In this document: in pieces, positions 9,210 through 17,093 of the stretch
How the letters are laid out: each line of letters starts with the position of its first letter
How positions within the stretch are numbered: position 1 is the first letter of the stretch
Assembly: GCA_937924845.1 (NCBI GenBank)
Contig: CALDUQ010000042.1
Location: 15,184-79,183, forward strand
Reading direction: 5' to 3'
DNA: 64,000 nt
From: an uncultured Flavobacteriaceae bacterium
GTDB taxonomy: Bacteria > Bacteroidota > Bacteroidia > Flavobacteriales > Flavobacteriaceae
Made by a program: the position numbers and the translations under genes
The notes under the pieces: generated by a model
The model's input: only the letters and a program-made list of their open reading frames with translations
The model's database searches: none
Told to the model about the DNA's origin: nothing

Positions 9210-9683
9210 TTAGTTGTGTGTTTTACTTAATTTAATCCAGTTATTATCTGCAGTAGCTACTAATTTTTTATGTTTATTTTCAGCCATCCAAAGTTGTTTT
9301 GCATCCAACTCAACATTATTTAAATACAAGTAATATTTACCATCTTTTACTAAAAATTTGTTTGGGTCAACCCTAAATTTTGCTCCAGCATAAATTCCAA
9401 AGACACAAAATCCACCATATTGAGGAAGGTATTTCTCTGGGTTTTTGTCAAAGGTTATTTTTTGAGCTTCAGAAGTAAAATAATACGTTACTTTTTCAAA
9501 TTCTGATTTAAAATTTTTATCACCTTTTTGTGCTAGACCTAAATCTAAATACGATACTGGACTATAGCCTTGCAATGCAATGTTACTATTGTCAATATTA
9601 TTCGCCATTTTGTCTTGAGAAAATACTGCTGTGCCAAAAATTAAGGCTAATCCTAAAACTGTGTTTTTAATTAAATTTTTCAT
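9210..9683 (-). CDS. YHS domain-containing exported protein
   Basis: Signal peptide. ALQGYSPVSYLDLG..G...F......YYFTSEAQKITFDKNPEKYLPQYGGFC is the usual YHS-domain pattern. Confidence 0.65.
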   Translation of the reverse strand: MKNLIKNTVLGLALIFGTAVFSQDKMANNIDNSNIALQGYSPVSYLDLGLAQKGDKNFKSEFEKVTYYFTSEAQKITFDKNPEKYLPQYGGFCVFGIYAGAKFRVDPNKFLVKDGKYYLYLNNVELDAKQLWMAENKHKKLVATADNNWIKLSKTHN

Positions 9684-9709
9684 GATATTATATATTAAGG
9701 TTAAAATTA

Positions 9710-10063
9710 TTATTCTGCGTTAAAATATTCTTCGTGTATTACTTTGCCTTCGGTATTCCATTTACGTTTAATGATTTCGTGCCAGTAAATTTTGCTGCCG
9801 TCTTTCATATCGAAGTCGAATGTGAATTCTGAAGCTGATAAATTATCATCTACAATTGAGTTGTGATGTGTTATTTCATTTACTTTAGCGATAGAACCAG
9901 CAAAGCCTTCCATTTTAGCAATCATTTCTTGCTTTCCTGTGGTTCCACCATTTCCATAATCTGAAGTGTTTGCACTATCTGCAAAAAATTCTTTTACGGC
10001 GTCAACAATTGCGCCTTGTGCAACAATTGCATCCATTTTTTGAACTTGGTCTTTAATATTCAT
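9710..10063 (-). CDS. SnoaL-like / NTF2-fold protein
   Basis: 117 aa. Alpha+beta pattern with the end ..IYWHEIIKRKWNTEGKVIHEEYF typical of SnoaL-like proteins. Tentative. Confidence 0.5.
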   Translation of the reverse strand: MNIKDQVQKMDAIVAQGAIVDAVKEFFADSANTSDYGNGGTTGKQEMIAKMEGFAGSIAKVNEITHHNSIVDDNLSASEFTFDFDMKDGSKIYWHEIIKRKWNTEGKVIHEEYFNAE

Positions 10064-10136
10064 CTTGTGCCTGTTTTAAATTATTTACAATGCAAAGATG
10101 GGAGAGATGTACCATTAAAAGGCTACAAAAAAAGGA

Positions 10137-11195
10137 CTACAAATTGTACTTTTTAGATTTAAACTCTGTAGGACTAAGGTACGCATAATGCTTAAAAAAG
10201 CTTGAAAAATGATTGGCTTCTTCGAAACCAAGTTGATTTGATATAGAGCTAATAGATTGACCTTCAAGTATCATTAGCTTTGCTGTATTGATTAATTCTA
10301 AACGAATTAATTGACCTAAAGAGGTATTCATTTTTGCACGAACTTTGTTGGATAGCGCCTTAATCGACAGGTTCATTTCATTTGCGTAAAATGCCAATGA
10401 CCGTTCTTGCGTATGGTATTTTTGAAGAAGCCCTATAATGTCTTGAGAAAATATGTCTCTATTTTTAAAGTCAAAATTTTCTCTAAATTGTTTTGGAGTT
10501 TGCCCAACCGAATTTTTAAACACTCTATTAAAATACGCGTCATCTTTGTAGCCTAAATCGAACGAAATTTCCTGAATGTTTTTATCGCTAAAAGCAACTT
10601 GTTTTTTACTTTCTTGAATTCTTTTGGTTTGCAATAAATTTTTAACCGATAAACCAACTTTATCTTTTATCAATGCTTGCGCATTATAACCTCTGTCATT
10701 AATTAGACTAACCAAATCACCGCTTGTAAGTTTATTGTGAAATTCATGGTCAATAATTTCTTTGGTGTCGAAAATTACTTGGTATTCTTCCTTATTCGCC
10801 TTAAACGGATTTTGCCAAAACCATTGCTTAGCAGAAATGTCAATAATATCAGAAGAATTTGTGCTAAGTGCTGTTTCAGATAAAAACGAATTGCATTCGT
10901 GACATTCAAGTAAATCAATGTAGCCCAATGAAATTAAGTGCTTAAAGAGTACCCTTACATTTTTATTATAAAACTTATCGTGATTGGAAAACTCGATTCT
11001 ACGAATTGTAAAATCTCCAGATAAGAATTTAATATATTGTCCTTTTTCTAAAAAGATTGCTTTTTCTTGCCAATCAAAATAGTTTTTAAAATCAACCTGA
11101 ATACTTCCTTTTCCGTGAAGAATATGAATTAATGTATGGCACTCAATAAAGTAAATTTTATTAATTTCGGGCGAAAATTTGTCTACTTTATGCAT
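10137..11195 (-). CDS. AraC-family transcriptional regulator with two tandem AraC DNA-binding domains
   Basis: Two separate C-terminal signature ends: ..ISFDLGYKDDAYFNRVFKNSVGQTPKQFRENF and ..ISNQLGFEEANHFSSFFKHYAYLSPTEFKSKK. Each is preceded by its own first helix-turn-helix. Confidence 0.8.
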   Translation of the reverse strand: MHKVDKFSPEINKIYFIECHTLIHILHGKGSIQVDFKNYFDWQEKAIFLEKGQYIKFLSGDFTIRRIEFSNHDKFYNKNVRVLFKHLISLGYIDLLECHECNSFLSETALSTNSSDIIDISAKQWFWQNPFKANKEEYQVIFDTKEIIDHEFHNKLTSGDLVSLINDRGYNAQALIKDKVGLSVKNLLQTKRIQESKKQVAFSDKNIQEISFDLGYKDDAYFNRVFKNSVGQTPKQFRENFDFKNRDIFSQDIIGLLQKYHTQERSLAFYANEMNLSIKALSNKVRAKMNTSLGQLIRLELINTAKLMILEGQSISSISNQLGFEEANHFSSFFKHYAYLSPTEFKSKKYNL

Positions 11196-11242
11196 TTACT
11201 AAAGAGTTTGTATGTACTTTAAAAAATAAATCATCCATTAGA

Positions 11243-11845
11243 CTATTTAAATAACTCATATTTAAGAGACTTTTTAACACCATGCCAGTCTTGATTTGTA
11301 ATAGAAAATACAACAGAATCGCGATACGTTCCATCTGTATTTAATTTATGATTTCTCAAAACACCATCTTGTTTTGCTCCAAGCCTTTCAATAGCTTTCC
11401 TTGAGGGTAAGTTATGCCAATTGGTCATTAACTGCACAGCTATACAATTTAAAGTTTCAAAAGCATAGGTAAATAAAAGGTATTTAACTTCAGTATTTAT
11501 TCCTGTACGTTGATATGATTTAGCATACCAAGTATAACCAAGCTCTAAACGCCTGTGCTCCTGCTCAATATTATAATATCTTGTGGTGCCAATAATTTTA
11601 TTACTTTTTTTATCAATAACAACAAAAGGATATTGAGTCCCTTTTTGCCTTTGCTGTATAGCTTCGTTAATATAAACATCAATCGATTTATGAGAAGGAA
11701 CTGATGTATACCATAGCTCCCATAATTTTCCATCAGCAGCAGCAATAAGCAACTCTTTTTTATGACTTTCACTCAAAGGAATTAATTTAACTTTATTTCC
11801 TTCGATTTCTAGGTTATTAAGCTTGTTTTGAAATGTATCCATCAC
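11243..11845 (-). CDS. GNAT family N-acetyltransferase (RimJ/RimL-like)
   Basis: ..LELGYTWYAKSYQRTGINTEVKYLLFTYAFETLNCIAVQLMTNWHNLPSRKAIERLGAKQDGVLRNH is typical of the Acetyltransf_3 type. Confidence 0.75.
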   Translation of the reverse strand: MMDTFQNKLNNLEIEGNKVKLIPLSESHKKELLIAAADGKLWELWYTSVPSHKSIDVYINEAIQQRQKGTQYPFVVIDKKSNKIIGTTRYYNIEQEHRRLELGYTWYAKSYQRTGINTEVKYLLFTYAFETLNCIAVQLMTNWHNLPSRKAIERLGAKQDGVLRNHKLNTDGTYRDSVVFSITNQDWHGVKKSLKYELFK

Positions 11846-11857
11846 TATTTAATTTTA

Positions 11858-12814
11858 TTATTCTTCAACATAAATAATGTCAAAAAGATATGCATTACTA
11901 GATTCATATTCACCAATAATAAAATACGTTTTTGCATCTAAATAGTTTTTAATTTCATAATTCATCGCATCGGAAACGCTTATATTATCTTCCTTTTTTT
12001 CTAAAATTTTTCTTTCAATTTTAGTTATTATACTAGGGAATCGTGTTGTAGATTGTAAAAATTCTATCATTTCAAAAACGAATTTAGTCTTATCAAAATC
12101 TTTATCTAAGTTATTGTTGTTTATTGTAAATCTCAGCAATAAATCATTAAATCCTTTTAGTTCAGAAGTTATTAAAATGTTGTCGTGCGTATAAGCTTCT
12201 TCTTGCGTCTTAATTACTAAATTGTCAATAAATACTTCTCTTTTAATATTTTTAATTGAATCTTTAAAAATATTAGTGTTTTTCATTTCGCTAAACGTAT
12301 TGGGGCTTACTACTTTTAGTATCTCTTTTTCATCATGAATAATAGATACAAGTCTATCTATATAAGTTTGTCCTTCTCTACCTGTTTGTAAAGTACGTAG
12401 TGATAAGGTATCGTTTTTATAATTATTAATAAATAATTGGTTATAAACACCCATTTCAAAATAATTATAAACACTAACTTTATTTTCATTTAATTCAAAT
12501 AAACATAAATATGTTTCGTCTCTATGGCGACGTTTTATTTGAATTGTACCAAAAATATCTATTAGTTTATTATTATTAAAATCGCCTATTGTGTTTTCAT
12601 TAAACTTAAAATTTGAAATTTCATATTTGTTTTGTTCTAAATATTCTGAAGTTCGTGAATACCATTTTCCTCTTAAATGTTCATCAAGATTTACATTACC
12701 AGCATATAGAGAATCTGTTAATGTTGTTTTTATATAATCAGTATCAACTTTGCTTTGACTATAATTATATAAGTGCAGGCTAAAAAGTGTAAAAAATATA
12801 AGTTTTAAGTTCAT
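11858..12814 (-). CDS. hypothetical exported protein
   Basis: 318-aa ORF with an N-terminal signal-like segment MNLKLIFFTLFSLHLYNYSQS. No recognisable domain. Confidence 0.5.
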   Translation of the reverse strand: MNLKLIFFTLFSLHLYNYSQSKVDTDYIKTTLTDSLYAGNVNLDEHLRGKWYSRTSEYLEQNKYEISNFKFNENTIGDFNNNKLIDIFGTIQIKRRHRDETYLCLFELNENKVSVYNYFEMGVYNQLFINNYKNDTLSLRTLQTGREGQTYIDRLVSIIHDEKEILKVVSPNTFSEMKNTNIFKDSIKNIKREVFIDNLVIKTQEEAYTHDNILITSELKGFNDLLLRFTINNNNLDKDFDKTKFVFEMIEFLQSTTRFPSIITKIERKILEKKEDNISVSDAMNYEIKNYLDAKTYFIIGEYESSNAYLFDIIYVEE

Positions 12815-12818
12815 TAAA

Positions 12819-13319
12819 TTATTTAATCTTTGGTTTTCCTATAAATTTTGTTTCAAGAAATTTCTTTTTCCATTCACCATTTTTAAATATACCTACAATA
12901 AATTGGTAAGTTAAATCATCAACAAATATCCATTTTTCGGTTACAATAGTACTTTGATAATCATATGTGTATATAATATTTTTATTATCAACGTCAACAG
13001 TTCCTTGAATACAATTTCCAAAGACATCAAATTCCCAAAATTTTATTTTTTTTAAATTAGTGTCATATTGTCTAATCCCATGATTTCGGGTACCAAACTC
13101 TGTTTGTTTTACATTTGTAAAACCCTTTGTTTCTACTTTTACTAGTTTATTATTAAGGGAAAAATCAAAACTTAACTCTTGTTTAAATGTACTACCATCT
13201 CCCCATTTTCCTTCAGCAATCCAAATGTAATTTTCTAAAGGTTTAAAAATTAATAATGGATTTTTTTGAGCAAATACATTAGAGACTAAAAATAATGCGA
13301 TACAAAAAACGTTTTTCAT
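12819..13319 (-). CDS. hypothetical exported protein (small beta-rich)
   Basis: Signal peptide MKNVFCIALFLVSNVFAQ. 166 aa. Four-nt gap to the upstream gene suggests co-transcription. Confidence 0.5.
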   Translation of the reverse strand: MKNVFCIALFLVSNVFAQKNPLLIFKPLENYIWIAEGKWGDGSTFKQELSFDFSLNNKLVKVETKGFTNVKQTEFGTRNHGIRQYDTNLKKIKFWEFDVFGNCIQGTVDVDNKNIIYTYDYQSTIVTEKWIFVDDLTYQFIVGIFKNGEWKKKFLETKFIGKPKIK

Positions 13320-13465
13320 AATTTCTAAAATTAATTAGCTTAAAAAAATGTTATTATTGAAGTTCGTTTTTTTATTATACACTTTTTTAACTATCTGGTT
13401 TCTTTTAATTTTTCTTCCAATTTTCATCTCTTATAGATCATAAAATCGTAACACCATTAAAAGAT

Positions 13466-13714
13466 TCATTCAAAATAATTATTCAAAATTTCCTTTTCAG
13501 ATAAATAAGCGTGAGCGTATGAAAATGTTGGTATAAGATAGTTATCCTTTCTGATAATCCTACCAAGTTCATACTTTAACATATCGTTTTTTACATGATT
13601 TTTTTAATTAATCCATATATAAATAACAACATCTTTATTTTTAAAAACTTTATTAATGTGAAGAGGTATTACTATAACATTTTCAATAATTTTTATTTTG
13701 TAAACATTAGATTT
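13466..13714 (-). pseudogene. possible decayed ORF (no start codon, one in-frame TAA)
   Basis: A single minus-strand frame reads KSNVYKIKIIENVIVIPLHINKVFKNKDVVIYIWIN*KNHVKNDMLKYELGRIIRKDNYLIPTFSYAHAYLSEKEILNNYFE*. It looks like protein but is interrupted and has no start. Confidence 0.25.
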
Positions 13715-13721
13715 TTATCAT

Positions 13722-14123
13722 TTAAATACCAGGACCTCCAAAACTTGATTTTAAAACTATATTAATTTCTTTCTTTAAATCTTTATAATTCATTTTTTTA
13801 GATGAAGCTAAAGTTTTAACTAAAGCCCTTATTTCATATTGCTTTCTAAAGGCTACAATAGCTACACCAATTAAAACACAAGCAATAATACCCAATGCAG
13901 CTGCCATTGTGTATTTTATTGTATTATACTCAGAAATAGAATACCGTTTTCCTGCAAAAAATATATTATAAACACCAATTACAGCCACTACAGCAAATAT
14001 TGCTATTCTTATCCAAATAAATATTTTATTGTAGTTAACATATGTATCAAAAACGTGTTTCAATTCTTTTTCTTTATCCTTTAGTTCGGTAACTAATTTT
14101 AGTTCAATTTGTTTATTTTTCAT
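13722..14123 (-). CDS. hypothetical 2-TM membrane protein
   Basis: 133-aa ORF. Charged coiled N-terminus, then two hydrophobic helices (IWIRIAIFAVVAVIGVYNIFF and AAALGIIACVLIGVAIVAF). Confidence 0.5.
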   Translation of the reverse strand: MKNKQIELKLVTELKDKEKELKHVFDTYVNYNKIFIWIRIAIFAVVAVIGVYNIFFAGKRYSISEYNTIKYTMAAALGIIACVLIGVAIVAFRKQYEIRALVKTLASSKKMNYKDLKKEINIVLKSSFGGPGI

Positions 14124-14250
14124 AAAATTGTTGTTTGTATTTTTTTATTAAAAGTACTTTTTTGTGTTAAATTTTAAGGTATAAAATTATAACAATTTAC
14201 TAATTTTATTAACCTTTGACTTGTTTTATTTATTGAGTGTATGACTAGAT

Positions 14251-14919
14251 TTAAGACATATCTTCAATCAAAATTGAAGGGTTTAAATGTTCTTTTGGTA
14301 AAAAACCTTTAGAAATAAGTACAAGCCCGCAAATAACAAGTATAATACCTAACACTTTTTTTACTTTCATAATTATAACTGGTGTAAGCTTTTGTTTTAA
14401 TTGTTTAGCTAATAGTATTTTTAAAATATCAGTAACAAAATAAGTGATAAGCATTGTAGTAAAAAATACTATAAAACGGTTACTGTCATTTTCTAAGCTT
14501 GGCCCTATAACAATGATAATACCTAACCAAAAAATTAAAACTCCAACATTAATTATATTTAAAAAAATACCTTTAATAAATAATCCTAAATAATTGGTTT
14601 GGTGTACTTTAATTTTTGATGCAGAATTTTCTTCTTTTTTATCTTTTTTAAAAAAAGTAACTAAACCATAAATGGTAATAATTACACCACCAAAAACAAA
14701 TAAACCAGGTTGATTACTAATGTTTTCGAGTAATTGATAGCTACTAAAATAAGCTATAATAATAAAAAGTATATCGGTTAAAATAACCCCTGTATTAAAT
14801 GCTAAAGCTGCTCTAAAACCTTTGGTTGCACTGGTTTCTAGTAGAACAAAAAAAACGGGTCCTATTAAAAAACTTAAAAAAAAACCTAAAGGTAAGGCCG
14901 ACTGTATATCTTGAAGCAT
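14251..14919 (-). CDS. LysE family translocator
   Basis: ..LPLGFFLSFLIGPVFFVLLETSATKGFRAALAFNTGVILTDILFI.. is a LysE/RhtB-type N-terminus. Start moved to MLQDIQSA (14919), which removes the overlap with the upstream gene. Confidence 0.75.
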   Translation of the reverse strand: MLQDIQSALPLGFFLSFLIGPVFFVLLETSATKGFRAALAFNTGVILTDILFIIIAYFSSYQLLENISNQPGLFVFGGVIITIYGLVTFFKKDKKEENSASKIKVHQTNYLGLFIKGIFLNIINVGVLIFWLGIIIVIGPSLENDSNRFIVFFTTMLITYFVTDILKILLAKQLKQKLTPVIIMKVKKVLGIILVICGLVLISKGFLPKEHLNPSILIEDMS

Positions 14920-14923
14920 AAAA

Positions 14924-15328
14924 TTATTCTGGCTTAATATGAAATGAAAAATCTCCTTTTTTTGCTGTAACACTAAAGCTTACGCCTAATGCACGTAATG
15001 TACCATAACCGCCTGTAAAGGCCAATAAAAATCCGCCTCCAATAAGCAAACCAAGTTTAGTTGTAGGCTCAGGATCAGCAATAGCTAAAATAATAATCCA
15101 CACGCCCGATGCTGATAAACCTAAACCAACTAAGGCCGCCATTATACTTTTTACAGATAATTTAGCCTTGGTTTTAGAAGCTTTAATTAGACTTATTGCT
15201 GATGCTAAATCTTTTGGAGTTAATCCAATATTGGCATCATCAATAAATTCGAATTCAGTTTTATTACTGTATTGTTGTAAACTATGTTCGAGCCAATTTT
15301 GTTGTGAGGTTTTTATTATTGGTTTCAT
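14924..15328 (-). CDS. hypothetical membrane protein
   Basis: 134-aa ORF with two glycine-rich TM segments. Tightly packed between neighbouring genes. Confidence 0.5.
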   Translation of the reverse strand: MKPIIKTSQQNWLEHSLQQYSNKTEFEFIDDANIGLTPKDLASAISLIKASKTKAKLSVKSIMAALVGLGLSASGVWIIILAIADPEPTTKLGLLIGGGFLLAFTGGYGTLRALGVSFSVTAKKGDFSFHIKPE

Positions 15329-15334
15329 AATAGT

Positions 15335-16003
15335 TTAGTTAACACGTGTGACTTTGCCGCCAATAATTTTATTTTGGTTAACCGTTTGCGGGTTACCAAA
15401 TATAAATACTTGTCCGCCTGCTCTAATTTTTATATCAATTAATTCGGTAGCATCAAGTTCGGCTTCGCCACCTGCTTTAATATTTACTTTTATAAAACCT
15501 GTATCAACATCTTTATTTTTAACCGTACCTCCTGTGGTTATTTTAATATCTTGTTGATTTGCTTTTCCCTTTGTTTCAATTATACCACCTGTATGAGCTA
15601 CAATATTTAAATAACTTAAATTAACTGGAACGTTTATTTTAGCACCTTCTTGTACTTTTAATTCAATTTCATACTGGTCAATACTTTGATTTGTAAAAAT
15701 TGTAGCGCCTTCATTAGCATCAATCACATCAATTTTTGTGTAATGTAATTTTACTTTGGTTTGATTACCATCAAATTTTTCGAGTAAATTCATGCGTATT
15801 TTTAATGTGCCATTTTTATTAATAACTACAACATCATCGGCATTTTTTCCTAAAATTTCGATACGCTCTATATCTGATTTTATTAACTCAACATTAATTA
15901 AATCATATACTTTTAGTTTATTAAACTCACCAATAGTTTTATTAATTTGAGCTTGGCTTATTACTGATATTAATACCAAACTGAGAGTTATAATATGCTT
16001 CAT
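15335..16003 (-). CDS. head GIN (DUF2807) domain-containing exported protein
   Basis: Signal peptide. Repetitive beta-strand pattern (..IKITTGGTVKNKDV..VNIKAGGEAELDA..IKIRAGGQVFIFG) typical of DUF2807. Confidence 0.65.
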   Translation of the reverse strand: MKHIITLSLVLISVISQAQINKTIGEFNKLKVYDLINVELIKSDIERIEILGKNADDVVVINKNGTLKIRMNLLEKFDGNQTKVKLHYTKIDVIDANEGATIFTNQSIDQYEIELKVQEGAKINVPVNLSYLNIVAHTGGIIETKGKANQQDIKITTGGTVKNKDVDTGFIKVNIKAGGEAELDATELIDIKIRAGGQVFIFGNPQTVNQNKIIGGKVTRVN

Positions 16004-16049
16004 TTTTATTTTATTTAAATTAATTACGGTAATTATATTTTGTTATGGT

Positions 16050-16316
16050 TTATGCTACTTTTACAGCTGTACCAGTTACTGAAACTCCTAAAATAGATGA
16101 TATATCACCACCAATAGTTGTAGCATTTGTTTTCATTTTTTGAAAAGCTTCTTCTTTTAATTCGTTTAACGCCTTTTCCATAGCATCATAATATTTATTA
16201 TAATCTACAGTAAAGCCTTTTATTGTATCTCTTTTTTTAAAAGATACACCTGTTACAATACCTAAGTAATTTGCTATTTGGTGATGTTCAATTGTATTTG
16301 TAGTAGTTAATATCAT
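16050..16316 (-). CDS. YbjQ-like (UPF0145) family protein, short variant
   Basis: N-terminus MILTTTNTIEHHQIANYLGIVTGV and C-terminus ..VSVTGTAVKV match the YbjQ pattern. The middle is about 15-20 aa shorter than usual. Confidence 0.55.
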   Translation of the reverse strand: MILTTTNTIEHHQIANYLGIVTGVSFKKRDTIKGFTVDYNKYYDAMEKALNELKEEAFQKMKTNATTIGGDISSILGVSVTGTAVKVA

Positions 16317-16485
16317 TTATTACTTAACTTTAAATCGTATCAAATGTATTAATAATAATTAATTTTTAACAAAAATTATTACACTAGGGTTTACCCTTTA
16401 TTTTTAAATTACATAAAACCATTAGTTTTAGCATAGGGTTAATAACTAAATTTGTTGTACCAACAATTTTATTAAACCAACTATT

Positions 16486-17028
16486 ATGACACCAATACTA
16501 AAACACCTTTACAAAGGTATAGTAGTTATTAGTATGCTATTTGCTAATAACATTATGGCCCAACAACAAATGTTTTCGTTTGAAACCGCTAGTTTAAAAA
16601 CAACGCATGAAAATTTGGTAATGCTATCAGAAACTGTTGATGATATTACTATGAAAACACGAATTTGTAACACCTCAAATTCATTATCAAAAACACAAAA
16701 TAATTTTGCATTTACAACCTGTAAAACAAATTTTATTTCGATGACTTTTGATAAAAGTATTGACGTGAAAAGTATTAAAATAGTAAATAAAAAAAATTAT
16801 AATAAAGTACGTTTAATACCTATACATGGCAATAATAAACCAATACTTATCGATTTAAATAGTGAAAATACTACTATTAATTTAAATTGGAAAAATATAA
16901 TTGCATTTTCAATTTTGGATGAAAAAGGTAAAGAGTTAAATTTAGAAATTGATAATATCATATTTGAAAAAAATCATAAACCTTTAACTATAACTAATAC
17001 AATAGCATCAAGTTTTGCTAATCATTAA
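16486..17028 (+). CDS. hypothetical exported protein
   Basis: 180-aa ORF with signal-like VVISMLFANNIMAQ. A terminator follows. Confidence 0.5.
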   Translation: MTPILKHLYKGIVVISMLFANNIMAQQQMFSFETASLKTTHENLVMLSETVDDITMKTRICNTSNSLSKTQNNFAFTTCKTNFISMTFDKSIDVKSIKIVNKKNYNKVRLIPIHGNNKPILIDLNSENTTINLNWKNIIAFSILDEKGKELNLEIDNIIFEKNHKPLTITNTIASSFANH

Positions 17029-17044
17029 ACATTACTATTATTTT

Positions 17045-17088
17045 AAAAAAAAAGCTGCGTTATTTATAAATAGCGCAGCTTTTTTTTT
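17045..17088. terminator. bidirectional rho-independent terminator
   Basis: A9-GCTGCGTTAT-ttat-AAATAGCGCAGC-T9, between convergent genes. Confidence 0.7.
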
Positions 17089-17093
17089 AAATG

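Noticed and set aside
8072-16316. tRNA-Cys as an integration site for a genomic island covering the downstream minus-strand genes.
   Set aside because: There is no integrase or recombinase gene, and I noticed no direct repeat of the tRNA 3' end downstream. The genes are a mix of ordinary conserved families (UDG, AraC, GNAT, LysE).
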